NCBI GenBank assembly: GCA_963823555.1
Contig: CAWGMA010000002.1
Location: forward strand, 384,001-448,000
Length of the DNA stretch: 64,000 nt
Source: Candidatus Eiseniibacteriota bacterium
GTDB taxonomy: Bacteria; Eisenbacteria; RBG-16-71-46; CAVPCR01
Direction of reading: 5' to 3'
This document shows, piece by piece, positions 1 through 9,663 of the stretch. The notes beneath the pieces are model-generated. The model ran no database searches and was not told the DNA's origin. It saw only the letters and a list, made by a program, of their open reading frames with translations. A program made the translations under genes and the position numbers. Each line of letters starts with the position of its first letter. Position 1 is the stretch's first letter.

Positions 1-807
1 ATCGGGCCGGCGGTAGTCCAAGGCGTTGAAGTCCCCGGGATTCCGGAGCCGGAGCGCCCAGAAGTTCCCGGCGTCGTCGACGCAGTCCTTCCCCGGCAGA
101 CCGGCGACATCCCCGGGGCTGCCGTTGGGATAGGTGACATCAATCGTGGTCCACTGCTGGGTGTCGCTGTCGAAGATGAATGTGTAGCTCTGGAGCGGCG
201 GCCTCTCGGACGACCACACCAGGTAGCCGCCGGTGGCCTTGGGCTGCACGCTCATGAACTCAGCGCCGACCTGCCAGCGAGTCCAGGCGTTGGTCCCCGG
301 GTCGTGGCGCACGATCCCGCCGTTCACGAACCACATCGTGCCGTCCGGGGCGCGGTCGATGTCCGAGGTGAAATCGTTGATGAGGCCCGAATTGGCCGGG
401 CCGAGACGGGTGAGCGAGCTGGCGCCGATGACGGGGTCGAACGTCAGCGCGCCGCGCCAGGTGCCGAGCCAGAGCTTGCCGGTCGCGTCGGGGACGATGT
501 CTTCGACGCGCACGCACCCCTGCTCGTCGGGATGGCCGATGACCGGATAGTCTACGTTCGAGTAGTTGATCCAGCGGTTCTCCTCCTGGACGAACTTCGC
601 AAAGCCGCCCTCCTCGAAGGAGGGATCGTAGCCGCCGATGTAGGGGTCGCCATCCGGTCCAACCCATAGCGCCTCGTTGAAGTCGCCCTGGATGCCGGTG
701 TTGCCGGGGCGGTAGTAGCGCCAGGAGTAGGTCTCCTCGGCCCCGGCAGCACCAGCGGCAAGCCCCATGATCACGGCCGCGGCCGCCAATCCGTTCCTGA
801 AGTCCAT
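1..807 (-). CDS. Secreted beta-propeller repeat protein, N-terminal part; runs off the left edge
   Basis: Not in the ORF track; translated by hand. ATG at 807 follows GGAGG. MDFRNGLAAAAVIMGLAAGAAGA is a signal peptide, followed by propeller-like repeats (IVPDATGKLWLGT, IDRAPDGTMWF, CVDDAGNFWA). Frame open to position 1. Confidence 0.8.
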   Translation of the reverse strand, partial: MDFRNGLAAAAVIMGLAAGAAGAEETYSWRYYRPGNTGIQGDFNEALWVGPDGDPYIGGYDPSFEEGGFAKFVQEENRWINYSNVDYPVIGHPDEQGCVRVEDIVPDATGKLWLGTWRGALTFDPVIGASSLTRLGPANSGLINDFTSDIDRAPDGTMWFVNGGIVRHDPGTNAWTRWQVGAEFMSVQPKATGGYLVWSSERPPLQSYTFIFDSDTQQWTTIDVTYPNGSPGDVAGLPGKDCVDDAGNFWALRLRNPGDFNALDYRRPD

Positions 808-876
808 CGTGCACCTCCGCGTTCGGACAAGCATATCCTACCGACGGCGAGGCGGTGATCCGGATACAGCCGGGTA

Positions 877-3163
877 TCAGAAGCCCTGAGCGCCGCCCCG
901 CGCCGGCAGGCGGTCGCGGAGCCTCTCCCGGAGGTGGGTGTGCCGCTCGTCCAGGCGGCTGTTCTTGACGGCGATGGCAAGCGCGCGCCGGCTGCCGGCC
1001 ACCACGCAGAGTCTCCGGGCGCGGGTGATCGCCGTGTAGAGGAGGTTCCGCTGCAGCATGACGTAGTGCTGGGTGTGCAGCGGAATCACCACCGCCGGAT
1101 ACTCGCTGCCCTGCGACTTGTGGATCGAGCAGGCGTAGCCGAGCACGAGCTCGTCGAGATCGGCATAGTCGTAGCGGACGACGCGCTCATCGAACCGCAC
1201 CTCGACTTCTCGCGTCGCGTCATCGATTCCCGCCACGCGCCCCAGATCGCCGTTCCAGACCTCGAGCTGGTAGTTGTTGCGGATCTGCATCACCTTGTCG
1301 CCGACCCGGAAGGTGCGGCGTGCCGCGGGTGATCGACTCGCCGCGCGGATTGAGGAGCGCCTGCAGCTCGGCGTTCAGGTTGGCGGCACCGAGGAGTCCG
1401 CGGTGCATGGGGGTCAGCACCTGGACATCAGCGACAGGATCGAGGCGGAAGCGCGCGGGGATTCGTTCGGCGACCAGGTGCTTCACCTTGGCGAGCACCG
1501 CTTCCGGGTCGTCTTCCGCGACCAGGAAGAAGTCGGGCGGCTTCTCCTCGGCGATACTCGTGCCGGTATCCGTCGCGACCGGACGCAGGAACGGCATCTC
1601 GCCATGGTTCACCCGGTGCGCGTTGACCACGATCAGGCTCGGCTCGGCCTGGCGGAAGATCTCGTCGAGCTTGACGGTATCCACCACTCCCGACTCGATC
1701 ACATCGCGGAGGACGGAGCCCGGGCCCACGGATGGGAGCTGATCCACGTCACCGACGAGGATCAGCTGGCAGTGGGTGGGCAGGGCCTTCATCACATGAT
1801 GGGCGAGCACCGTGTCCACCATCGAGGTCTCGTCGAGGACGAGCACATCGGCGTCGAGCGGGTGCTCCACGTTGCGCTCGAAGGACATGGATTTCGGTGT
1901 GAACTCGAGGAGTCGATGCACGGTCTTCGCTTCGCGACCGGTGGTCTCCCGCAGGCGCTGCGCGGCGCGGCCGGTGGGCGCGGCGAGGAGGATACGCCGC
2001 CCCTTGCGCTCGAGGATCTGGATGATCCCATTGACCAGCGTGGTCTTGCCGGTGCCCGGGCCGCCGGTGATGACGAGCACCTTGGCCGTCACGGCGCGCC
2101 GGATGGCATCGCGTTGCCTGGGGGCGAGCTCGATGGCGGCCCGTTCCTCGAACCAGGACAGCGCGCGCTCGATGTCGATCGCGATCGGCTTGACCGGGGC
2201 CTGCATCAGATGGGCGATGCGCTCGGCGATGCTCGTCTCGGCGATGTGAAGCGGGCGCAGGTAGACGCCGGTGTCGGGGACGCCGGGTGAGCTCGGTGGA
2301 TTGAGGGCGGCGATGGGCTCGAGGACGGCGGACCCGCTCGCTGCGAGCTCGTCGATCGCCGACTCCACGAGCGTGACGTCGATCTGGAGCATGCCGGCTG
2401 ATTCGGTCACGAGCTTCGGGCGCGGCGTGAACACGTGCCCCTCCTCGGCGAGCTCGCCCAGCACGTGCAGCACGCCGGCGGCGGCGCGGCGCGGGGAATC
2501 GAGCGGGATCCCGAGGCTCCCGGCGATGCGGTCCGCCGTCTTGAAGCCGATGCCGAAGATGTCGGTCGCGAGCCGGTACGGGTTCTCGCGCACGATCGCG
2601 ATCGCGTCGTCACCGTATCGCTTGTAGATCTTGACGGCGTAGCTCGGCGACACGGCGTGCGACTGGAGGAAGAGCATGACCTCCTTGATCTGGCGCTGCT
2701 CGGCCCAGGCCCGGGCGATGCGCTCGGTGCGCACCGGACCGATTCCCGGCACCTCCGTCAATCGCTCCGGCTCGCGGTCGATGACCTCCAGGGTCGCGAG
2801 CCCGAAGTGCTGGACCAGACGGCCGGCCATCACCTTGCCGATGCCGCGCACGAGGCCGGATCCCAGGTAGCGCTCGATGCCGACCAGCGTGGCCGGCTGG
2901 ACGGTGGTGAAGGACTCGACGCGGAACTGCTCGCCGTACTTGCGATCGCGTTCCCAGCGCCCCTCGAGTTCGAGGCTCTCGCCAGGCTGGACGCCGAGCA
3001 GGTTTCCGACTGCGGTTACCGGTTCACGCCGGCCGGGCACGGCGAGACGCACCACGGTCCAGGCGTTCTCCTCGTTGGCATAGACGATGCGATCGAGAAC
3101 GCCCTCGATCTTGCGCGCGTCGGTGCGCGGAGGTGGCGCAGGTGGTTTGATCACGGCATCCAT
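877..3163 (-). CDS. recD2: RecD2 (RecD/TraA-family SF1 DNA helicase), interrupted by one extra base near 1320
   Basis: N-terminal OB-like region and HhH motifs (VRGIGK, VPGIGP), Walker A GGPGTGKT, LDETSM, GDVDQLPSVGPG. The C-terminal motifs (FRVGDKVMQIRNNY, SIHKSQGSEY, LLYTAITRAR) are in another frame (ORF 877..1293). Start could be 3232. Confidence 0.9.
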
Positions 3164-3281
3164 GGGCCGGCTCAGGCAGCCGGGAAGATCCAGGGGAACA
3201 GCAGGCGAGAATAGCGCGGGGGCCGGATCCATGCCATCATCCCCATACTCGACCTGTCAGGCCGACCGCAGGAGGTGAGGC

Positions 3282-3821
3282 GTGGCCAATAAGAAGAAGA
3301 AGAACGCGAAGAAGCAGACGACAGGAAAGAAGCTCGCCGGGAAGAAGGACGCCAAGAAGAGCGCCAAGAAGGACGCCAAGAAGAGCGCCAAGAAGGACGC
3401 CGGGAAGAAGGCCATCAAGGCCCAGAAGGCCGGCAAGGAAAGCCGGAAGGCCGCCAAGAAGGTCGCGAGGCGTGATCGTTACCCGAATCGCGTGACCGTC
3501 ATCTGCACGTATCGCGTCAAGGAAAGCACGCAGCCTGATTTCCATGCTCTCATGACCAGGCACTGGCCGACCCTCAAGAAGCTCGGACTGGCCACTTCCG
3601 AGCGCCCCCTTCTCTACACCGGGAAGGACGAGTCGGGGCAGCCTCTCCTTGTCGAGATCTTCTCCTGGATTGATCCCCAGGCCCCCGAACGGGCCCATGC
3701 CGATCCCGAGGTGATGGCGATCTGGAACGCCATGGAGCCGTTCCTCGAGGAGCGATCGGGCCATCGCAAGTGGGAGTTTGTCCACGTCGCCCCGGCTCCG
3801 ATCCGCCTGGCGAAGCTGTAG
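3282..3821 (+). CDS. Protein with a histone H1-like Lys/Ala-rich N-terminus fused to a probable dimeric alpha/beta-barrel (ABM-like) domain
   Basis: RBS GGAGG before GTG. About 60 aa of KKDAKKSA-type repeats, then TVICTYRVK...LLVEIFSW...AHADPEVMAIWNAM. Confidence 0.7.
   Translation: MANKKKKNAKKQTTGKKLAGKKDAKKSAKKDAKKSAKKDAGKKAIKAQKAGKESRKAAKKVARRDRYPNRVTVICTYRVKESTQPDFHALMTRHWPTLKKLGLATSERPLLYTGKDESGQPLLVEIFSWIDPQAPERAHADPEVMAIWNAMEPFLEERSGHRKWEFVHVAPAPIRLAKL
3342..3401 (+). repeat. 24-bp tandem repeat, 2.5 copies (AAGAAGGACGCCAAGAAGAGCGCC), encoding KKDAKKSA
   Basis: Read directly: units at 3342-3365 and 3366-3389, half unit at 3390-3401. Confidence 0.9.
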
Positions 3822-3833
3822 CCAGCTCTCCTG

Positions 3834-3842
3834 TGCTAGACT
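3834..3842 (+). promoter_or_regulatory. Putative extended -10 promoter (TGC-TAGACT) for the ECF sigma operon
   Basis: TGnTAnnnT match about 90 nt upstream of the start codon in a GC-rich background. Confidence 0.4.
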
Positions 3843-3934
3843 TTCAGCCCCCCCACGCCTGGAGCTGGCGCCCACTGGCCGGCCCCGCTTCCCGGTTCGG
3901 AGCTCCGGATCGGGCTTCTCGGTGGAGCTAGACA

Positions 3935-4528
3935 ATGCCGCAAGTCGACGAAGCGACCCTCATCGAGCGGGTCAAGAACGGCGATCAGCAGGCCTTTGAG
4001 GATCTTGTCTCTCGTTACGAGAACAAGGTCTATCGGCTTGCGATCAAGCTCACCCGCAACGAGGCGCTCGCCGAGGAGGTGCTCCAGGAGGTCTTCATCA
4101 AGATCTACGAGAAGATCGATACCTTCCGGGGTGAGTCGGCGCTGTCGAGCTGGATCTACCGCATCGCCGCCAACGCCAGCTTCGCCAAGCTGAACCTCGA
4201 GAAGCGGCACCAGCATGCCGATATCGAGGAGACGATGCCGCAGGCGGAGCTTCAGCTCCTCGAGCGGCAGGATGTCACCCAGGAGGCCCCGGATCGCCCG
4301 CTCCTGGCCGACGAGGCGCTGAGCGTGATCAGCCAGGCGATCGAGCGGCTGCCCGAGGATTTCCGTGTGGTGCTGACGCTCCGCGACGTGGAGGGGCTTT
4401 CCAACGAGGAGGTGGCCCGCATCCTGGAGCTCTCGGTGCCGGCCGTGAAGTCGCGCCTCCATCGCGCCAGGTTGTTGCTGAGAAAGAGGTTGGCTCGCTA
4501 CTTCGATCGCCAGGTGTTCCCCTTCTAG
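3935..4528 (+). CDS. ECF-family RNA polymerase sigma-70 factor (RpoE-like)
   Basis: Region 2: AEEVLQEVFIKIYEKIDTFRGESALSSWIYRIAAN. Region 4: LTLRDVEGLSNEEVARILELSVPAVKSRLHRAR. Confidence 0.95.
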   Translation: MPQVDEATLIERVKNGDQQAFEDLVSRYENKVYRLAIKLTRNEALAEEVLQEVFIKIYEKIDTFRGESALSSWIYRIAANASFAKLNLEKRHQHADIEETMPQAELQLLERQDVTQEAPDRPLLADEALSVISQAIERLPEDFRVVLTLRDVEGLSNEEVARILELSVPAVKSRLHRARLLLRKRLARYFDRQVFPF

Positions 4529-4664
4529 GGGCGGTGCGGAGCGGTGGCGCGGGATCGCGGATCAGCGGTCGTCCGGACCGGCCGGGGGAGGGGCAAAATG
4601 GCCGAATCGCCGGGAAGTGCGAAGCGATCGTTTAGTGTGGACACTGTTAGAGGCTGAAACCCCT

Positions 4665-4907
4665 ATGATGTACTGCCACCAGATCGTCGAGTTCCTGTCC
4701 TCCTACCTGGAGCAAGACCTCGACGAAGACACGATGCGCCACATGGATGAGCACCTGCGCGATTGCCGCCCGTGCATCTACTATGTGGACACCTTCCGGC
4801 GGATGATCAGTGCCAGCGGGCGCATACCGACGATCGAGACGATTCCCGAGGAGCTCAAGACGCGGCTCCACAGCTTCCTGGCCCTGAGGACCAAGCCGCA
4901 GCCCTGA
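4665..4907 (+). CDS. Zinc-binding anti-sigma factor (zf-HC2/ZAS), soluble
   Basis: N-terminal Cys plus HLRDCRPC (HxxxCxxC), directly downstream of the ECF sigma gene; no TM segment. Confidence 0.88.
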   Translation: MMYCHQIVEFLSSYLEQDLDEDTMRHMDEHLRDCRPCIYYVDTFRRMISASGRIPTIETIPEELKTRLHSFLALRTKPQP

Positions 4908-5088
4908 GGCACGACCGCCCGCCGCCCCTGCCGGCCGCCCCCTTCCTCCGCGTATCCTTCCCCCGCTCCCTGCTCGGCTTCCAGGATCATTTCGCAGCTT
5001 GAATCCGTAGTCTGACCGCGGTTTCATTCGATCGATCAGACGTTGTCCGGGGCCAGCCAGGTCCCAAGGCTGCGGGGAGGGGTTCAGC

Positions 5089-5970
5089 ATGCTTTCGATT
5101 CGCGGGCTGTCGAAGACCTATCCGGGGGGCGTGCGTGCTCTCGACCAGGTGACCCTGGAGATCGGTCAAGGCATGTTCGGGCTCCTCGGCCCCAACGGGG
5201 CCGGCAAGTCGACGCTCATGAAGATCCTGGCGACACTCCTCGAGCCGGACGACGGTACGGTCATCTTCGACGGCGTCGATGTCCTCAAGGAGAAGCAGAA
5301 AGTCCGCGAATGGGTGGGCTACCTGCCACAGGATTTTGGCTTCTATCCCTCGTTCACCGCGCGGCAGATGCTCGACTATTTCGCGGCATTGCGCGGGATT
5401 CAGTCTCGCCAGCGCAAGGCGCGGGTCGATGAGCTCATCGCCCGCGTGAACCTCGGCGAGGCTCGGAACCGCAAGCTCGGCGGGTTCTCCGGGGGCATGC
5501 GCCAGCGGCTGGGGATCGCGCAGGCGCTTCTCGCGCGGCCGCGGCTCCTCATCGTCGACGAGCCCACCGCGGGGCTCGACCCCGAGGAGCGCCTCCGCTT
5601 CCACAACCTCCTGGCGGAGGTCAGCCAGGATATCGTCGTCATCCTCTCCACGCATATCGTGAGCGATGTCTCCGTCCTCTGTTCACGGATGGCGGTCATC
5701 GATCGCGGCCGCATCGTCGCCGACACCACGCCGGGAGAGGCCGTGGTTCGACTGGCGGGACGGGTTTTCGAGGCCACGGTGCCGGCGGCGGATCTCCCCG
5801 AGGTCGGCAAGAACTGCCGCATCCTGTCCCGCATGGTGGCGAGCCCGACCACGGTCCGCGTCAAGGTCTACTCCGCCGACGGATCGGTTCCCGCGGGCTT
5901 CCAGGCCGCGAGTGGGGTCCTGGAGGATGCTTACTTCAGCCTGGTGGGCGATGCCGGAGGGCGGGCCTGA
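5089..5970 (+). CDS. ABC transporter ATP-binding protein
   Basis: GPNGAGKST, FSGGMRQR, IVDEPT, H-loop STH. Confidence 0.95.
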   Translation: MLSIRGLSKTYPGGVRALDQVTLEIGQGMFGLLGPNGAGKSTLMKILATLLEPDDGTVIFDGVDVLKEKQKVREWVGYLPQDFGFYPSFTARQMLDYFAALRGIQSRQRKARVDELIARVNLGEARNRKLGGFSGGMRQRLGIAQALLARPRLLIVDEPTAGLDPEERLRFHNLLAEVSQDIVVILSTHIVSDVSVLCSRMAVIDRGRIVADTTPGEAVVRLAGRVFEATVPAADLPEVGKNCRILSRMVASPTTVRVKVYSADGSVPAGFQAASGVLEDAYFSLVGDAGGRA

Positions 5971-8900
5971 TGCACGCCAGCGATTCGCTCTGGCAGGTGG
6001 CGCGGCGCGAGCTGGGGCTCGGTCTCCGCCGCTTCGCCTTCTGGTTCATGGTGGTCGTTCTCGCCGCCATCGGCTACTTCTACTTCACGAAGTACGTGAG
6101 CGTGTCGCCCGGGGAGGACAGTCTCACCCAGGGCGTCAAGCTGGCGCGGAACTCCGCCTACTCGCTCGCGGTGATGCTCACCGTGATCGGGTTCGTGTTC
6201 GTGCACTTCATCGCCGCCCTTACCGTCGATCCCGTGCTGCGCGACCGGCGCATCGGCCTCTTGCCGCTGGTCCTCAGCTCGCCGCTCGACGGCCGGACCT
6301 ATGTGCTCGGCAAGTTCCTGGGTGCGATGGTGCTGCCGCTCGTGGCGCCGCTCGCCTTTGTCGCGGTGTCGGCGATCATGCAGTTCGTCCCCAATCCCTC
6401 GATCGGGCTGATCCCGCCGAACGCGGTCGGCTATGTCGCTTCCTACGTCGAGTTCTACCTGCCGTGGGTGATCATGGTGGGGGCGCTCGTGTTCGCGCTC
6501 GCCCTCGTGAGCGGAAGCCCCAAGCTGGTTTACAGCCTGGTGACGCTCCTCTTCATCGGGTACTTCGCCCTCATGAACCTGGTGCAGAGCGTGGAGCACC
6601 GCTGGGTGGCCTACCTCGATCCGGCGGGTCTCCTCTATCTGTCGGAGGTGGTCGGCAAGGGCAAGACCAACATCGAGCTCAACGCCATCACCTGGATGGG
6701 CGATCTCGGGTTCCTCCTGAACCGGGTCGGCGTGCTCCTCGCCGGCCTCGTGCCGCTCTTCGCCGTCGCCGGCGGCTTCGCCCGGCGCGAGGCGCTCGCC
6801 GGGTCGCGCGCCAAGAAGCCCCGTGGAAAGTCGGCGGCGGCCGCGGCGCAGGCTGCGATCTGGAGCAAGCTGCCCCCGGTCGTGCCGCTCCGGCCGCTCA
6901 GCGACCAGATCCAGCTGGCGGTGGGGACGCTCCGCCAGCTCGGACGGGTGGCGCGCGCCGAGATCCGCCTCCTTTCCCACGAGCGTTCGCTCTACTTCTT
7001 GATCCCGCTGCTCGGCGTCGTTCTATGGAGCAGCATGGAGACCTTGTCCGGGCCCTTCGATGCGGAGATCGTGCCGGTCTCGAGCGAGGTCGCTCGCGGG
7101 ATGTTCTGGACTCTGGTCATGTTCCTGTTCGGGACGACGACCTTCTTCATCGGCGAGACCATCTATCGCGAGCGCGAGGAGGGGCTCGCCGACATGCTGC
7201 ATGCCCATCCGGTCTCCGAGGCGGCCATCCTCGGCGGCAAGATGGTGGCCAACCTCGTGCTCGCCGCCGTTCTCGTCGTCGTGGCCTTCCTGACCGCCGT
7301 CATCTACCAGCTCGTGCACCGCGGCGGAGCGATCGAGCTCAAGCCGTTCCTGACGCTGTTCGTGGGTTTCCTGCTGCCGACGGTCCTCATCATGATCACG
7401 CTCGCCGCCGCGCTCTCCCTGGCCGCGCGTTCGAAGCCAGGGGGTTACGCGCTGTTCCTGGCCGTGGGTGGCGGTCTCGTCTGGGCCTTCGTCCGCGGCC
7501 ACCGGCACTGGCTCTACAACCTGCCGGCGCTGAACCTCGCGACCTACTCGGATCTCGTCGGCCTCGGCCCCTTGCGGGGGCAGATCCTGCTCCAGCGCTT
7601 CTACGTGGCCGCCCTCGCCGTCTTCCTGTTCTTCGTGGCGGTGGGGCTCTACCCGCGGGCAGGTGGCGCCGGAAGGCGCATCTTGAGCGGGCGCGAGTGG
7701 CGACGGCGCGGGGCGCTGGTGCCGGCGCTCGCCTCGCTCGCGGTGGCGGTCATGCTCGGGCTCGTCATCCATTCCCACGTCGAGAGCGGGCCGAGCTCCC
7801 TCGCCTTCGAGCGCCAGCGTGTCGACTACGAGAAGGCGGTGAAGCCGTGGCTCGCTGATCGGGTACAGCCGGAGCTGGCCGGCGTCGATCTCGATCTCGA
7901 TCTCTATCCCGAGCGTCATGCGTTTGCGCTCGACGGGACCTTCCAGCTCCGGAATGTGAACCAAGTCCCGATCGATTCCGTGTTCTTCACCGTCTATCCG
8001 CCGCTCCTTGCCCAGGGTGAGATGCGCCTCGACGGAAGGACGCCCGATCGCGTCTCGGGCCTGATCGCCAGCTTCGGGCTCCCCGCACCCCTCGAGCCGG
8101 GACAGGAGATCGAGCTCGTCTGCCGCTGGGAGGGCCGCGTGCCGGCCGGACCGCCGCGTCACGACGCCAGCCTCGACACCTTCATCGAGCCTGGCGGTAG
8201 CTACCTGCATTCCTTCGCGCCGCTCCCCTGGTTGCCGATGATCGGCTACAACGACGACCTGGAGATCCAGAGTGATCGCACGCGGCGCAAGTTCGGCCTC
8301 GCCAAGCGCGACGTGCTGCCCGAGGACGACGGCAGCGGCTTCACGCCGGGGATGATGCACCAGACGTTCGCCTACCCCTACCGGGCGCGGATCCGGGTCC
8401 CCGCGAGTGAGGAGGCGCTCTCCGCCGGCCGGCTCCTCGAGGTGCGCGATCTCGCCGAGGGGCGGCGCGAGTACGAGTTCGTCTCCGATGGACCCATCTA
8501 CTTCTTCCCGGTCATGGCCGGACGCTGGGCGGAGGAGCGCGACGGGGCGAACGCGGTCTATCACGCCGCGAGCCACAGCCAGAATGCGGAGAAGATGCTC
8601 GAGGCGCTCACGCGCTCCCGGGAGACCTACTCGCAGATCTTCTCGCCGTTCCCCTACACGGATCTTCGCATCGCCGAGTTCCCGCGGCTCGCCACCTTCG
8701 CCATGGGCTACCCGACGCTCATCCCCTTCTCGGAGGGGATCGGCTTCCTGACCCGAGACAGCAAGAAGCGAACCAACTTGAATTTCTACGTCACGGCGCA
8801 TGAAGTGGCGCACCAGTGGTGGGGCACGGTGGTGTGGCCGGGACATGCCAAGGGTGGTGCGGTCATCACCGAAGGGCTGGCCAACTACTCGTCGCTCGTG

Positions 8901-9536
8901 ATGGCCGAGCGCTACGAAGGGGCCGACAAGCGGGAGCAGCTCTTCGAGGATTACGAGGATCGCTACTTGAGGCGGCGCGATCCGAACGAGGAGCAGCCGC
9001 TCGCGCTTGTCGACGGCACCCGACGCGGCGACGAGGCCCTCATGTACAACCGGGGCGGCATCGTCTTCTACATGCTGCATCACATCCTGGGCGAGGAGCG
9101 GATGTATGCCGGTCTCGGCGAGTTCATCCGCCGCTTCTCCTTCCAGGCCGACCATCCCACCATCACCGACCTGGCGCGCGTCTTCACCGAGCTCTACCCG
9201 GAGACCGAGCCTCTCTTCTCGCAGTACGTGTTCGGGAAGTCGATCCCCAACCCGCAGTACACGGTGGTGTCGCGCGAGGAGACGGCGGACGGTCACTGGC
9301 GAGTGCCGTTCGCACTCGAGAATCGCGGTAGCGGCGAGCTCGATCTCGTGGTGGCGGCGAGCGCCGGCAAGCGGGAGGAAGGGACCTACGCCGAAGCGCG
9401 CACCACCGTGATGCTCCGCGGCGGGCGTCCGGTCGACGGCGAGATCGTGTGCGACTTCGAACCCGAGCGGATCGAGATCGACCCGGATCGCTCGGTGCTC
9501 CTCCAGGAACGCAAGCAGGGTCGCCGCGACCTCTAG
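5970..9536 (+). CDS. ABC-2-type permease (two membrane modules) fused to an M1-family zinc aminopeptidase domain
   Basis: About 600 aa of TM helices, then a soluble domain with HEVAHQWW and downstream TEGLANY (HExxH...E). Overlaps the ATPase stop codon (TGATG). Confidence 0.88.
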   Translation: MHASDSLWQVARRELGLGLRRFAFWFMVVVLAAIGYFYFTKYVSVSPGEDSLTQGVKLARNSAYSLAVMLTVIGFVFVHFIAALTVDPVLRDRRIGLLPLVLSSPLDGRTYVLGKFLGAMVLPLVAPLAFVAVSAIMQFVPNPSIGLIPPNAVGYVASYVEFYLPWVIMVGALVFALALVSGSPKLVYSLVTLLFIGYFALMNLVQSVEHRWVAYLDPAGLLYLSEVVGKGKTNIELNAITWMGDLGFLLNRVGVLLAGLVPLFAVAGGFARREALAGSRAKKPRGKSAAAAAQAAIWSKLPPVVPLRPLSDQIQLAVGTLRQLGRVARAEIRLLSHERSLYFLIPLLGVVLWSSMETLSGPFDAEIVPVSSEVARGMFWTLVMFLFGTTTFFIGETIYREREEGLADMLHAHPVSEAAILGGKMVANLVLAAVLVVVAFLTAVIYQLVHRGGAIELKPFLTLFVGFLLPTVLIMITLAAALSLAARSKPGGYALFLAVGGGLVWAFVRGHRHWLYNLPALNLATYSDLVGLGPLRGQILLQRFYVAALAVFLFFVAVGLYPRAGGAGRRILSGREWRRRGALVPALASLAVAVMLGLVIHSHVESGPSSLAFERQRVDYEKAVKPWLADRVQPELAGVDLDLDLYPERHAFALDGTFQLRNVNQVPIDSVFFTVYPPLLAQGEMRLDGRTPDRVSGLIASFGLPAPLEPGQEIELVCRWEGRVPAGPPRHDASLDTFIEPGGSYLHSFAPLPWLPMIGYNDDLEIQSDRTRRKFGLAKRDVLPEDDGSGFTPGMMHQTFAYPYRARIRVPASEEALSAGRLLEVRDLAEGRREYEFVSDGPIYFFPVMAGRWAEERDGANAVYHAASHSQNAEKMLEALTRSRETYSQIFSPFPYTDLRIAEFPRLATFAMGYPTLIPFSEGIGFLTRDSKKRTNLNFYVTAHEVAHQWWGTVVWPGHAKGGAVITEGLANYSSLVMAERYEGADKREQLFEDYEDRYLRRRDPNEEQPLALVDGTRRGDEALMYNRGGIVFYMLHHILGEERMYAGLGEFIRRFSFQADHPTITDLARVFTELYPETEPLFSQYVFGKSIPNPQYTVVSREETADGHWRVPFALENRGSGELDLVVAASAGKREEGTYAEARTTVMLRGGRPVDGEIVCDFEPERIEIDPDRSVLLQERKQGRRDL

Positions 9537-9663
9537 CCGGGTTTTCCCTCCCGGCGCTGTGGCGCTAGAATGGTCGCGGTGGCGCCCGCGCGCCCGGATC
9601 TCGCTCTGGTCCCGACCCCCGGCTGTTCCCCATGCGGAGCGCCGACCAGGAGGAGAACCCGCC

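Noticed and set aside
3342..3401. Short direct repeats considered as a CRISPR array
   Set aside because: No spacers, in-frame within a CDS, and no cas genes in the window.
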